Shown: positions 44,449 through 55,041, counted from the stretch's first letter. The stretch is DNA of 64,000 nucleotides from Thermoplasmatota archaeon (GCA_028279595.1 JANQNK010000002.1:1970-65969), one strand, 5' to 3'. Notes: generated by a model not told the origin, from the letters alone. Numbers and translations: made by a program.

Positions 44449-47238
44449 TCATTCCTTCGTGATCTCGTCCTCGAGCTCCTTGCGGTGGTCGATGAGGACC
44501 TGCACCCGCTTGGCGAGCTCGTCGAAGGAGACGTCCTGCGCCTCCATGCCCTCAACGGCGTCCGGCGGGGGCGTTATCATGGGAGGACCCCTGGCGGGCG
44601 GCGCCTCGGGCTCCTTGGCGGGGGTTTCCTCCTCCTCGACCGGAGGTTCGTCCTCGATAGGCTCGGGCGCCCTCTTCCTGACCGCCACGAAGAACCCTGC
44701 GAGGACGATGATGACGACGACCATTATTAGGATCGCCAGTATCATCAGCATCGAGAACTCGGACGTCTCGTCCTCCGCCTTGACCACGTTCACGACGAGG
44801 GATATGGTCATACCGTGGACCCCGTGGCTGTCCACCGGGGTGATGTTGACAAGATAGGTCCCGGGCTTCTCCCACACGTTGTCGGCGACGATCCCCTGAA
44901 CGGTCCAGTTGACACCCTCGCCGTAATCCACCCTGAAGGTCAGCTCCTCGTCCGGGTCGTCGGGGTCGTACGAGTGCGAGAGGTAGATGAACAGCGGCTT
45001 CTCCGCCTCGACCTCGCCCACGGTCCCCCGGTTGGTGATCCTAGCTATCGGAAGGCTGTTGTTGTGGACGATGTACGTGAAGTTGACCGGGATGGACGTG
45101 ATGTTCTCGTCGTCGGTGACCTGGAAGCTGATGAGGTGCTCTCCAGGACTGAGCTTGACCCTGAACTCGTCCGACATCCCGATGGGTCCGTCGATGTCGC
45201 TGGTCCATCTGTACGAGATGATGTCCCGGCCTGCCAGGGAGGTTCCCTCGCCCGTGAAGGTCGTCCTGGTCCCGTTCCAGGTGGCGAGGTCCAGTCCGTC
45301 ATTCGTCGGCTCCCAGACCTCGATGACCTTGGCAATGGGCTTGATGACCTCACCGCCGAGCGTGTAGAAGACCGAATCGAAGGACCCGAACGCCAGCGCG
45401 TCGCCGAAGGGCACTATCTGGGTGGTGCTGAAGGTCTGGTTGCTCGTCCCCCTGCCGTAATCGGTGTAGTTGACGGGCCATCCGTCGATGGCGATGCCGG
45501 TCTGGATGTCGTACGCGTACAGGGACCCGTTGAACGTTGAAATTATCACCACGTCGCCTAGGATGGTGGGCTGGTCCGACGGTGTGCCGTCGATCTCGAA
45601 CTCGTCGACGAGCTCGAGCCCATCATCGAAGACCTGGATGTAGCCACGCTCGAATATGTATCCCGGGCCGCCTCCCGAGTAGCGCTCGTGGAACACGCCC
45701 GAGACGAGGATCCTCCCGTCCGCTATCGATGCTGGATTGTAGTACTCGAGATCGCTCTCGTACTCGGCGACCTCCTCGAGGCCGTAGGTGTAGAGGTATA
45801 TCGTCCCGGTCGTGTTCGACGCGGGGCGTGTGACGATCGTCAGAAGGCCTCCGTCCGCGGATACGCCCATGACGTAGTGGGGAAGGTCCATCCTGCCCAT
45901 GTCGGTGAGCTCGCCCTTCCTGTTGATATCGAGTATGAGTATCCCGTCAACCTTGGCATAGATCGGCTGGAGCAGGTAGTCTCCCACCGGAACGGGCTTC
46001 TGGATCGGGCGCTTGTCCACCTGGAGGACGCTCACCATGTCGCCGTCCTCGATGTCGAAGCTCCAGATCTCCCCGGTGGTGTCGATGTCATCGTAGGAGC
46101 CGAAGACGATGTAGTCCTCCACGATCGTGAACGCGTTGTGGCCTATTCCTCCGCCGACCCAGCGCTTGGACCCCTCGGCCCAGACGTCGTGCGCCCCCGA
46201 TGAGGCGTTGAGGGCATGGAGGTTACCGTCCTCCGTGCCGATGAACAGTATGTCCTCGTGGAGCAGTATGGACCCGGTGGTGAGTTCCTCGAGGTGGACG
46301 GCCCAGATGATGTCCGCGCTGTCGAGCATCTCTCCCTGGACGCCGTCGAAGAGGCCCTTCGTGTCGAAGGCCATCACGGTGCCGTTCTCCAGGACCGCGT
46401 AGACCATGTCGTCCCCGACCACGCAGCCGGTGATGATCTCTCCAGTCGCCGGGATCACGTTCCGTAGTCCGTCACGTTCTCCAGTCGAGAAGAACCATCC
46501 TGGCTCGATGTTCGCAAGGTCGAATATCTCCCCGCCTGCCCCCGAGTTGGTCAGATCGCCGCCCTGGACGTTCCAGACCTCGCCCGTGGACATCGTCACG
46601 TTCACGTGGACCCTGTCCGACCATGTGCCGATGTCGTTCTCTACCCTGAACGTGATGTAATGCACTCCTGCCGAGAGGAATGCCGTGAGGTTCCTGGAGT
46701 AGCCGATGGCCCCGTCGATGTCGCTCTCCCACAGATATGATGCGATGGAGGTGCCCGATCCCGTGTCGGACGCTATGCCATGGAGGGTCACGATCCTCCC
46801 GACGACGGTCGAGTTCGGCTGGGTCCTGGTGATCTCGGCGACGGGAGCGACGTTGTCGATGGTGATGTCTATGCTGACGGTCCCCTCGTAGTCGAAGCCG
46901 TCACGGGCCGCTGCACGTATCCTCGATTCACCGTTCTCGACCCTGCCCGAACGCCAGACGTACTCCCAGGACGACCAGTTGGTGCCGTTCCCGGTGTCCA
47001 CGGCGTTCCTCCAGGTTCCATTGATCTCCACCGAGATCCCGTCGGGCTCCGGCTCTCCATTGAGGTCCATGGTACCCTCGATCGTGACCATGCCCGATAC
47101 GGTCTCGCTGTCGAGGGGAGAGGTGATATCGATCATGTAATCCGCGGCCGCTGTCGCCGTGAACAGCAGTAGGACGGTAAGGATGAATAAGAGCGCTACC
47201 TGTCCTGTGCGCACGAGCAACCCTCCACCACGCTTCAA
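44449..47238 (-). CDS. Secreted PQQ-like beta-propeller / PKD-Ig domain protein with C-terminal TM helix and acidic cytoplasmic tail
   Basis: Signal anchor. Propeller blades such as GNLHALNASSG and GSLYAYDIQTGIAIDGWP. PKD-like YLWESDIDG and YRWTSDIDG. TM segment MLMILAILIMVVVIIVLAGFFV. Confidence 0.8.
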   Translation of the reverse strand: MKRGGGLLVRTGQVALLFILTVLLLFTATAAADYMIDITSPLDSETVSGMVTIEGTMDLNGEPEPDGISVEINGTWRNAVDTGNGTNWSSWEYVWRSGRVENGESRIRAAARDGFDYEGTVSIDITIDNVAPVAEITRTQPNSTVVGRIVTLHGIASDTGSGTSIASYLWESDIDGAIGYSRNLTAFLSAGVHYITFRVENDIGTWSDRVHVNVTMSTGEVWNVQGGDLTNSGAGGEIFDLANIEPGWFFSTGERDGLRNVIPATGEIITGCVVGDDMVYAVLENGTVMAFDTKGLFDGVQGEMLDSADIIWAVHLEELTTGSILLHEDILFIGTEDGNLHALNASSGAHDVWAEGSKRWVGGGIGHNAFTIVEDYIVFGSYDDIDTTGEIWSFDIEDGDMVSVLQVDKRPIQKPVPVGDYLLQPIYAKVDGILILDINRKGELTDMGRMDLPHYVMGVSADGGLLTIVTRPASNTTGTIYLYTYGLEEVAEYESDLEYYNPASIADGRILVSGVFHERYSGGGPGYIFERGYIQVFDDGLELVDEFEIDGTPSDQPTILGDVVIISTFNGSLYAYDIQTGIAIDGWPVNYTDYGRGTSNQTFSTTQIVPFGDALAFGSFDSVFYTLGGEVIKPIAKVIEVWEPTNDGLDLATWNGTRTTFTGEGTSLAGRDIISYRWTSDIDGPIGMSDEFRVKLSPGEHLISFQVTDDENITSIPVNFTYIVHNNSLPIARITNRGTVGEVEAEKPLFIYLSHSYDPDDPDEELTFRVDYGEGVNWTVQGIVADNVWEKPGTYLVNITPVDSHGVHGMTISLVVNVVKAEDETSEFSMLMILAILIMVVVIIVLAGFFVAVRKRAPEPIEDEPPVEEEETPAKEPEAPPARGPPMITPPPDAVEGMEAQDVSFDELAKRVQVLIDHRKELEDEITKE

Positions 47239-47369
47239 CGGCTCACCGTGAAGTAATAGCGAATCACACTATTAAAGGTTGTTTAGGCCCGATAAACGTC
47301 TGGCCCCCTTGCCGGCGCATGCGTTATTTATAAATAATCGGACCCATGTAGGCCCTCCGAGGCAGTGAT

Positions 47370-47825
47370 ATGGCAAGAATGCACGCCAGGAGGAAGGGAA
47401 CGTCCGGATCGAACCGGCCGCTCGTGACGGAGAAGCCCGAATGGGTACAGCTCACGTCTGGCGAGGTCGAGCTCAAGGTGCTCGAGCTCAGGCGCGAGGG
47501 ACTGTCCACGGCCAGGATCGGAACCGTACTGAGGGACCAGTATGCGATACCCAGCGTCAAGCTCGTGACCGGGAAGAGCATCCTTCAGATCCTCCAGGAG
47601 AACGACGCAGCGCCGAAACTGCCCGAGGACCTTATGGACCTGATCCGTACCGCCGTGAGGATATCCGAGCATCTGGAGACCAACACCAAGGACATCCACA
47701 ACAAGCGGTCGATGGCACTCGTGGAGGCCAAGATCAGGCGCCTGGTCAAGTATTATCGCAGGACGGGAGTGCTTCCGGACGACTGGAAGTACACGCTGAG
47801 CAAGGCCAAGCTCCTCATAGACTGA
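47370..47825 (+). CDS. rps15: 30S ribosomal protein S15 (uS15, S13e type)
   Basis: [18 protein letters not shown]-terminus and C-terminal S15 helical domain ([23 protein letters not shown]). Confidence 0.93.
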   Translation: MARMHARRKGTSGSNRPLVTEKPEWVQLTSGEVELKVLELRREGLSTARIGTVLRDQYAIPSVKLVTGKSILQILQENDAAPKLPEDLMDLIRTAVRISEHLETNTKDIHNKRSMALVEAKIRRLVKYYRRTGVLPDDWKYTLSKAKLLID

Positions 47826-47836
47826 GGTGGCCGGCG

Positions 47837-49174
47837 TTGCAGTCCATCCAGGATCAGATCGAATCCCTAGCGTCGACGCTGAAGGGACTGGCGTTCGTCA
47901 GGGTGATAACCCACTACGACGCAGATGGCATTTCGGCTGGTGGGGTACTGTGCAGGGCACTACACCGGGCCGGTGTCAGATTCCATTGCACCATGCTGCG
48001 CGAGCTGAAGGCCCCCGATCCCGAATGGTGGTCAGACTCCGACCTGGTCGTGATGCTCGACATGGGCTCGTCGGTCATAGAGGCGATGGCCCAGCACGGG
48101 AGATCGGCGATACTGGACCATCACACCCTGAACGGCTCGGGCGAGGCCCCTCCCAACGTCGTCCACATCAACCCGCGGATGCACGGTATCGACGGGACCA
48201 CCGGCGCGTGCGGCTCGACCCTTGCGTACCTGGTCGCTGAGGCCATGGACCCGGCCAATGTCGACCTTGCCCCGTACGCCATTGGCGGCATGATCGGCGA
48301 CAGGCAGTTCGTGGGAGGTTTCTCCGGGCTCAACACGGGCATCCTCGAGCGGGCCATAGCGGCCGGCGAGGTCGAGGTCGTGAAGGGACTTCCCCTTTTC
48401 GGGACGACCGTGTCGGAGGCACTCGAGCTCTCTAACGACCCGTTCTACATCGGCCTTTCGGGAGAACCCGACAATGTCGATGCATTCCTCAGGGAGATAG
48501 GCATCGATCCGTCCTCGACCGTCGAGGACGTCGAGTCCGACCCTGTCAAGGCAAGCATACTCATGAGCCGTCTCGCACTCAGACTGGTCGACCAGGGTAC
48601 CGCCCTCGAGAACGTCAAGGAGACCTTCATGGACAAGTACAGGTTCCCGAAGCTCCACACGGACGGCTTCATGCTCTCTAACGTGATAAACAGCACCGGC
48701 AGACTCGGAGTGCCTGGCGTTGGCCTCTCCGTGGTCATGGGCGACCCCGCAGCCATGGAGGAGGGCAGCCGGACCAGGGCCCAGTACCGCCGCAACGTCC
48801 AGGTCGGCTTGATCGGGTTGAGGGACAGGACGACGGCGCTGGAGCGCGTCCAGTACTTCACCAACACCGTCCCGAACATGGGCGGCGCGCTCTCCGGGCT
48901 CGGCGTGAGTTACATCCTCGATCCCCATAGGGCGGCAATCGCGTTCACCGAGTCCGGCAAGGACCTCAAGATATCCGGGAGGGCGACCCGGGCGCTCGTC
49001 TCCCAGGGACTGGACCTGGCCGATGCGCTTTCTAAGGCCTCTGGGACTGTCGGCGGAGTCGGTGGTGGCCATCCCATAGCCGCCGGAGCGACGATACCGG
49101 CGGACAGGAAGGACGAGTTCCTTCAGGCTTTGGACGACGCACTGATAGCCCAGGTCGGACTTGTACCGAACTGA
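47837..49174 (+). CDS. DHH-family phosphoesterase, RecJ/GAN (Cdc45)-like
   Basis: DHH motifs VITHYDADGISAG, VMLDMG and ILDHH, plus DHHA1-like GGGHPIAAG. The upstream part of the 577-aa ORF overlaps rps15 out of frame. TTG 47837 is my best guess for the start. Confidence 0.8.
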   Translation: MQSIQDQIESLASTLKGLAFVRVITHYDADGISAGGVLCRALHRAGVRFHCTMLRELKAPDPEWWSDSDLVVMLDMGSSVIEAMAQHGRSAILDHHTLNGSGEAPPNVVHINPRMHGIDGTTGACGSTLAYLVAEAMDPANVDLAPYAIGGMIGDRQFVGGFSGLNTGILERAIAAGEVEVVKGLPLFGTTVSEALELSNDPFYIGLSGEPDNVDAFLREIGIDPSSTVEDVESDPVKASILMSRLALRLVDQGTALENVKETFMDKYRFPKLHTDGFMLSNVINSTGRLGVPGVGLSVVMGDPAAMEEGSRTRAQYRRNVQVGLIGLRDRTTALERVQYFTNTVPNMGGALSGLGVSYILDPHRAAIAFTESGKDLKISGRATRALVSQGLDLADALSKASGTVGGVGGGHPIAAGATIPADRKDEFLQALDDALIAQVGLVPN

Positions 49175-49231
49175 CATCTTCACGATACCCCCCGACGAAC
49201 TCTTATCTAATCGGACCAAGATTGCATTACC

Positions 49232-49768
49232 ATGCCCTGGCGAGTCACCGTCTATGTCGATGTGGGAAACCTCGGTAAGGCGGTGGAGGCACTTAAGAGG
49301 AAGCAGGAGATAACCGATGAATGGTGGGACGTCGACTATCCGGCAATGATCGATGAGCTGGACTCCTTCCTTGCTGATACGGTCATCGACAAATGCTTCT
49401 TCTATGACGCGAGCAAGACAGGCCGACTCAACACCTTCCATCGTAGGATCATCGATTGGGGATATATTCCCAAGGTCAGAAGGCTGAAATCCTCTCACGG
49501 TCACGCTAGACAGAAGGGAGTTGACATTCAGTTGGCTGTTGATATGTTGTCGCACGCTTACGAGGACAAGTTCGATATCGCTTTCCTCTGTTCGGGCGAT
49601 GGTGATTTCGTTCCACTCATTGATCGAGTCCATGATCTGGGAAAAGAGGTCCATCTTGCCGCTTTCGTCGATTCCCTATCAGGCGAGCTACAGCGTAGGT
49701 CTGACCTTCCCTATCTCTCGCTGACCCGACTTGGTGACAAGGTAATCTACAAGAAAGTACTCGTATAG
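49232..49768 (+). CDS. NYN-domain (LabA/DUF88-like) putative RNase
   Basis: VYVDVGNL, KGVDIQLAVDML and LCSGDGDFVPLI motifs. Confidence 0.8.
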   Translation: MPWRVTVYVDVGNLGKAVEALKRKQEITDEWWDVDYPAMIDELDSFLADTVIDKCFFYDASKTGRLNTFHRRIIDWGYIPKVRRLKSSHGHARQKGVDIQLAVDMLSHAYEDKFDIAFLCSGDGDFVPLIDRVHDLGKEVHLAAFVDSLSGELQRRSDLPYLSLTRLGDKVIYKKVLV

Positions 49769-49959
49769 GAACCTTATACGGGCGATGAGTGGTTTCCCAC
49801 CAAGAGCATTCCGCTTCATCGCCCGTGGGTTTCCAACATTCAATATACGAATCTGGTGGTATTTATGCCTTTCTTCGAACCTGACTGAAAGTAAGACCTT
49901 TAAAGATCAACACCTTTCGCGGAACCTTTAAATAAGTGGGTACGTGTGCCAGGGATACC

Positions 49960-50109
49960 ATGGCAAGATTCCCCGAAGCGGAGGAGCGTCTGCTCAACAA
50001 GAAGGTCTGCATGAAGTGCAGTGCCACCAATCCGGTCAGGGCCAAGCGCTGCAGGAAGTGCGGCTACACCGGTCTCCGCCAGAAATCCCGCATCTCCCGC
50101 GGCGGATGA
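49960..50109 (+). CDS. rpl40e: 50S ribosomal protein L40e (49 aa; below the ORF-track length cutoff)
   Basis: Hand translation gives [49 protein letters not shown], with the CxxC...CxxC zinc ribbon typical of L40e. Confidence 0.8.
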   Translation: MARFPEAEERLLNKKVCMKCSATNPVRAKRCRKCGYTGLRQKSRISRGG

Positions 50110-50159
50110 TCCCCGGCCATGGGCAAGTTATTTGACTGCTACCGCCATCAGGGTAGCGT

Positions 50160-51305
50160 ATGCGCATTCTTCAGGTGGCTCCGTACTTCCACCCCCACAT
50201 CGGCGGGGTAGAGTCCCACGTCCGGGACATATCCCTGGAGCTCATCCGGCGGAAGCAGGACGTCGAGGTCCTGACCGCGCGCTACGATCCCGCGCTTCCC
50301 GAGAGGGAGAACCACTGGGGCATCCCCATCCGTCGGTCCAAGACCATGTTCACGGCGTTCTCGACACCGATGTCCCCGAGGATCGGGAAGTCCTTCGAGA
50401 AGGATGTCGACATCGTCCACGTCCACAGTCCTCCTCCCTTCACCGAGTGGTTCACGATCAGGGGGGCGAGGCGGCAGCAGCTTCCCGTCATAATCACGCA
50501 TCACTGCGACCTCGAGATCCCCTCGAAGGTCGGTCCGTTCGTCACCGGTGTCTACCGGCGGACCATCGGCAGGAGCGCGCTGTCGAAGGCGACGAGGATA
50601 GTCGTCACAACGGAATCCTATGGCCGGACCTCGAACTGCGTCTGGCGCTTCCATCCGGACATCATCCCGAACACCGTTGACGTCGAGCGGTTCAAGCCCG
50701 GCCTCGACGCTTCCTCGATAATCGAGCGCGAGCGTCTCAAGGGAAAGCACATGGCGATGTACGTCGGCAGGATCGTATTCCACAAGGGCCTGGAATACTT
50801 CATACAGTCCGCCCAGGACACCCCCGACAACATGGTCCACCTGATCGTCGGCACCGGCCCGAAGATGGACGAGTTGAAGGCGATGGCCCGGAGGTACGGT
50901 GTCGCCAGGAAGGTGCGTTTCGCCGGATACGTCTCCGACGAGGACCTGCCGTTGTATTATACGGCAGCCGACGTCCTCGTGCTGCCCTCCGTCTCCCGCC
51001 TCGAGGCCTTCGGGATCGTTGGACTGGAGGCGATGGCGACAGGGACCCCCGTTGTCCTCTCGAACATCCCCGGAGTGAAGGACGTCATCCAGCACGGCGA
51101 ACACGGATACCTCGCCGAACCCCTCGACTCAAAGGACATCGCAAGGAAGATCAGCGCCGTCATCGAGGACCCCGAAGAGGCCGCCGAGATGGCCAAGCGA
51201 GCACGACGCCACGTCGTCAGCAATTACAGCCTCCGCAATGTCGGGAAGATGCTCATCAAACTCTACCGCGACGTCATCCGTGAGCATGAAGCAAACCAGA
51301 ACTGA
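50160..51305 (+). CDS. GT4-family glycosyltransferase
   Basis: MRILQVAPYFHPHIGGVESHV N-terminus. LPSVSRLEAFGIVGLEAMATGTPVVLSN (E-x7-E region). Confidence 0.9.
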   Translation: MRILQVAPYFHPHIGGVESHVRDISLELIRRKQDVEVLTARYDPALPERENHWGIPIRRSKTMFTAFSTPMSPRIGKSFEKDVDIVHVHSPPPFTEWFTIRGARRQQLPVIITHHCDLEIPSKVGPFVTGVYRRTIGRSALSKATRIVVTTESYGRTSNCVWRFHPDIIPNTVDVERFKPGLDASSIIERERLKGKHMAMYVGRIVFHKGLEYFIQSAQDTPDNMVHLIVGTGPKMDELKAMARRYGVARKVRFAGYVSDEDLPLYYTAADVLVLPSVSRLEAFGIVGLEAMATGTPVVLSNIPGVKDVIQHGEHGYLAEPLDSKDIARKISAVIEDPEEAAEMAKRARRHVVSNYSLRNVGKMLIKLYRDVIREHEANQN

Positions 51306-51614
51306 TGACCGTTTGAGGTCCCTCGGCCTTCCACATCCGTTAACTCTCGATCGAAGAGAGGCGACCATAGTGGTGACATGAGGATGGCAGCCCGCCATCT
51401 CCCGAGTTACACCTCCTATTGAGAGGCGCGCGACCCCAACGTTACGTCGGGGATCGATGCGCCTCGAACTCATATGATAAGGAATTAACGTAATGCACCA
51501 ATTCCCGGGGACCTTTTTCGACAAAATCTTTAAGACGGCCATCCGGGATTGCACTTCGTGCACCTCAGGGTATCCCTTGGCAGTGCGATCCTCCTCGGAC
51601 TCAGGTCCGGAAGG

Positions 51615-52508
51615 ATGGACGCCGAACCGACGACGATCTATCTCATGCTCGGCGAGTCGTGCGGCTCGTCATGTCTATACTGTTCCCAAGCAACGGAGGC
51701 GGAGCCATCCGACACCCTCTCGAGGGTGACCTGGCCTGCGGTCGATGTGGAGGAACTCGTCAGGGCGCTGTCGGACGAGGACCTCGAGGCCGAGCGAATT
51801 TGCATACAGTCCCTCGAATATCCGGAGCTGCTCGGGGACCTGGTCACCCTGACGACGGCGATCAGGACGGTCACCAGGATACCGGTCTCGGCGTCGGTCC
51901 CGCCCCTTTCGCGGGATGCGATCATCACATTGAAACAGGCCGGGCTATCCTCGGTGGGGATATCAGTTGACATCGCATGCAACGATCTCTTCGACGCCGT
52001 GCGTCCCGTGAGGTCCGACCTCTCGGAACATTGGAGTTCGCTCGAGGACGCCGTTGACGTCTTCGGCGGATCGGCCCTCCATGTCATCGCCGGGCTCGGC
52101 GAGACGGACCTTGAACTGCTCGAGGCGTCGTCCAGAGCCTTCAAGCTGGGCGCGGACGTCGCACTCTTCGCCTACACCCCGCTCGACGAGAGGCTTCCGT
52201 TCGAGAAGCCCTCGCTGCAGCGGTACAGGGCGCTTCAGGCGGGTGTGAACGCCCTGCGCAACGGTGGTGAACTGGAGAGCTTCGGATTCGACGGATGCGG
52301 CAGGATCGCCGGACTTCCTGACGGCGCCGACGATGCGGAGGCCTTCTGCACCTCGGGCTGTCCAGGCTGCAACCGGCCTTACTACAACGAATCCCCCGCG
52401 GGACCGATGTACAACCATCCGAAGGAACTCACGTTCGACGAGGCCTGGAAGGCGTGCGACGATGTACGGGCCTACGGCGTGATCGTCGGAGAGGAGGTGA
52501 AGGAATGA
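51615..52508 (+). CDS. Radical SAM protein upstream of lplA (possible lipoyl-synthase-type partner)
   Basis: CxxxCxxC cluster GESCGSSCLYCSQ. ATG 51615 is preceded by GGAAGG. ATGA overlap with lplA. Confidence 0.75.
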   Translation: MDAEPTTIYLMLGESCGSSCLYCSQATEAEPSDTLSRVTWPAVDVEELVRALSDEDLEAERICIQSLEYPELLGDLVTLTTAIRTVTRIPVSASVPPLSRDAIITLKQAGLSSVGISVDIACNDLFDAVRPVRSDLSEHWSSLEDAVDVFGGSALHVIAGLGETDLELLEASSRAFKLGADVALFAYTPLDERLPFEKPSLQRYRALQAGVNALRNGGELESFGFDGCGRIAGLPDGADDAEAFCTSGCPGCNRPYYNESPAGPMYNHPKELTFDEAWKACDDVRAYGVIVGEEVKE

Positions 52509-53269
52509 CAGAATGGCGACTCCTCCCGGACAGGCATCGGAAAGCCTCGGAGAACATGGCCATCGACGAATCGGTCCTTCGTCACAGGTTCGAGACAGGC
52601 GTGAACACTCTCCGCTTCTTCGGGTGGGACCCGTCGGCGATATCCATCGGTTACTTCCAGGGCCTCGAGCAGGAGGTCGACACCGAAGCCTGCAATGAGA
52701 GGGGCATCGACGTCGTCCGTCGGATCACCGGCGGAGGTGCGGTCTATCACGACTTCGCCGGAGAGGTCACCTACAGCATCGTCATGCCGCAGGACGATCC
52801 ACTGGTGAAGGGTCTTGACATCCTCGGCTCCTACGAGGTCCTCTGCGCGGGCCTGGTGGACGGGCTGGCGAGGCTCGGCATCACGGCAGAGTTCAAGCCT
52901 GTCAACGACATCATCGCGAATGGCAGGAAGATCTCCGGGAACGCACAGACCAGGCGGGCCGGGTGCATACTCCAGCACGGAACGGTCCTCGTTGACGTCG
53001 ATCCCGACCTGATGTTCACTCTCCTGAGGGTCCCCGACGAGAAGATCAGGGACAAGATGATCGCGGCGGTGAAGGATAGGGTCACGTCGATAAGGCACGA
53101 GGTCGGCGATGTCGAGAGGAGGGCGGTCGTGAATGCCCTGACAGAGGGATTCGGCTCGTCGTTAGATGCGGAGTTCGTCGAGCTCGACCTGACACAGGAG
53201 GAGCTTGCTGCAGTGCCGGAGATCGAGGCCGAGAGGTTCGGCGATCCGGAATGGACCGGGAGGCGCTGA
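52505..53269 (+). CDS. lplA: Lipoate-protein ligase A, catalytic domain
   Basis: RRITGGGAVYHD, GRKISGNAQ and ILQHGTVL motifs. Confidence 0.9.
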   Translation: MTEWRLLPDRHRKASENMAIDESVLRHRFETGVNTLRFFGWDPSAISIGYFQGLEQEVDTEACNERGIDVVRRITGGGAVYHDFAGEVTYSIVMPQDDPLVKGLDILGSYEVLCAGLVDGLARLGITAEFKPVNDIIANGRKISGNAQTRRAGCILQHGTVLVDVDPDLMFTLLRVPDEKIRDKMIAAVKDRVTSIRHEVGDVERRAVVNALTEGFGSSLDAEFVELDLTQEELAAVPEIEAERFGDPEWTGRR

Positions 53270-53270
53270 G

Positions 53271-53540
53271 ATGGAGCACATCCTCAAGGTCGAGGGAGGG
53301 AAGATGCTCAGGGTCCGCGGGTCGGTCTCCGACGGACGGATATCCTCGGTCACGATAACGGGAGATTTCTTCCTCCATCCCGAGGACGTGATCGAATCCA
53401 TCGAGTCCTCGCTTCAGGGAGCCCTCCTGGAAAGGGAGACCGTCCTCGCCGTCGTCGCCAACGAGCTGGTCGGAGCGACGCTCGTGGGCGCTACCGAGGA
53501 GGACGTCACGGACCTTGTCATGATGCTCGAGAATGAGTGA
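53271..53540 (+). CDS. lplB: Stand-alone lipoate-protein ligase C-terminal domain (LplB-like)
   Basis: MEHILKVEGGKMLRVRGSVSDGRISSVTITGDFFLHPED matches the accessory C-terminal LplA domain, which is encoded separately in Thermoplasma. Starts 1 nt after the lplA stop. Confidence 0.7.
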   Translation: MEHILKVEGGKMLRVRGSVSDGRISSVTITGDFFLHPEDVIESIESSLQGALLERETVLAVVANELVGATLVGATEEDVTDLVMMLENE

Positions 53541-53733
53541 CATTCCCCCTCTAGATGCCGTTTTTCGCCGCTTCAGGGCGGTTCCGTGTTACGGTCGTAT
53601 AAATACTCTCTCGTGACCTCCTGAAAATTGTCACAAAATTCGCTCCAAAATGGCCTCCACGATGGTTATAACCCCTGATTGTAACATAGTTAACAAAAGT
53701 GTTTAAATAGAATAACTTAAAGAAATAATATAT

Positions 53734-54147
53734 ATGGGGATGTTGGCCAGGGAGGTCACGTACGACGTGTTGCTTACCGCCCTGCGACGGTCCTTCGGGC
53801 CGAAGATAGAGGAAGAGGCCCTTGAGAGGATCGCCGAGTATGTTCTAAACATCTTTGGATACAGCAGCTACCATCCGGACTACAGACTGAACCAGGAGGA
53901 GAGGAACATGTTCTATCTCCTCGAGGACCACGGGATCGTCATGACGCAGGAGGAGAAGTTCAACTTCCCTCGCGGCGGGACCATCAGGATAGGTTTCTGG
54001 ATCCTCAGGAAGAAACACATCTTCGAACTGGCATGTCCGGACGAGCCTGTTATGTGTGAGGAACTGCCGGTGAGCGTGTACGACACCCTAGATCAGGACA
54101 TCTGGCACAAGCACGGTCAGATAGCGGACGAGAGCCTGTCCTGCTGA
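53734..54147 (+). CDS. Conserved hypothetical protein (paralog of 56900-57331)
   Basis: EEALERIAEYVLNIFGYSSY...EERNMFYLLEDHGIVMTQEE aligns with EAERIAEHVMNFFGYSNR...EDRDLFYMMEDSGILTTDRE. Confidence 0.65.
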   Translation: MGMLAREVTYDVLLTALRRSFGPKIEEEALERIAEYVLNIFGYSSYHPDYRLNQEERNMFYLLEDHGIVMTQEEKFNFPRGGTIRIGFWILRKKHIFELACPDEPVMCEELPVSVYDTLDQDIWHKHGQIADESLSC

Positions 54148-54378
54148 AGCCGGAGGGGTGACCCGGCCAAGCTGGAGTTAGACCTTGAGAGAGGAATCTC
54201 TCGGCGAAGAGGATGCGGGGGCATTCCATCTTCTTTGGGACAGGATCGTGGGCAGTCCTATTTCGTTACAGTACCGTTCTAACTATCCTATACTTACTGT
54301 TATTATACTGTAATCGAAGTCGTTTTTCCTACACTGTCGGCGGAAAAACGTTTAAACGGTTCATTCCGATGTGGTGTC

Positions 54379-55041
54379 ATGTCAGGGTCAGGGAACCCTA
54401 TGAAGGAGGCATACTTCACTGCCGAGAACATTAGGGACGTTGCAGCGGAGATGCTCTCGGAGGTTCCCGCTCGAGGACGGATCGAGTTCGTTCCGGAACG
54501 TTCCGCTCTTCTTGTCATTGACATGCAGCGTTACTTCTGCGAGGAGGCGTCCCATGCATTCGTTCCCTCGTCCGCTGCCATCGTTCCAGGGATCATCGAG
54601 CTGGTCAACTCGTACCACGAGGCGGGCAGGCCCGTCGTGTTCACGCGTCACTTCAACACCAGGGCGGAAGCGGGTCTGATGCTCGAGTGGTGGGGCGACA
54701 TTCTTGAGCTCCACGACCCCCTTTCGGAGATAATTTCCGAACTGGACGGAATGGGGGCGGTCATCGCGAAGAGCCGGTACGATGCATTTATAGGGACCGA
54801 TCTGGAAGAGCGTTTCAGGTCCATGGACGTCGACACCGTTGTTGTCGTCGGTGTGATGACACATCTCTGCTGCGAGTCCACCGCTCGCAGTGCATTCATG
54901 AGGGACCTCAAGGTCTTCATTCCTGTGGATGGGAACGCGACCTACAACCAGGACCTCCACATGGGTTCCCTCAGGAACCTGGCCCACGGTTTCGCAACGC
55001 CCGTTCTCGTCAAGGACATCGTCGGGAGGATGACCTCATGA
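54379..55041 (+). CDS. Isochorismatase-family cysteine hydrolase
   Basis: ALLVIDMQRYF, and VVVVGVMTHLCCESTARSAF containing the catalytic Cys. Confidence 0.85.
   Translation: MSGSGNPMKEAYFTAENIRDVAAEMLSEVPARGRIEFVPERSALLVIDMQRYFCEEASHAFVPSSAAIVPGIIELVNSYHEAGRPVVFTRHFNTRAEAGLMLEWWGDILELHDPLSEIISELDGMGAVIAKSRYDAFIGTDLEERFRSMDVDTVVVVGVMTHLCCESTARSAFMRDLKVFIPVDGNATYNQDLHMGSLRNLAHGFATPVLVKDIVGRMTS

Noticed and set aside
47441-47836. N-terminal 130 codons of the 577-aa ORF, and likewise 55535-55918 of the 440-aa ORF
   Set aside because: These segments lie out of frame inside rps15 and inside the TrxR-like gene, and they translate to Arg/Gly-rich nonsense. The genuine genes start just after the upstream stop codons.
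48032-49654. 540-aa minus-strand ORF, plus similar long ORFs at 42960-44393, 43021-43809, 35160-36068, 35177-36202, 38126-39046, 50148-51104, 30952-31971, 32155-33144, 60648-61835 and 62818-63807
   Set aside because: All of them lie antisense to, or out of frame with, genes that carry strong family motifs (RecJ-like, TSP3 protein, tuf, smc, GT4 genes, DRG GTPase, PepA). Their translations are Arg/Pro/Gly/Asp-rich low-complexity sequence, which is typical of stop-poor alternative frames in GC-rich DNA.
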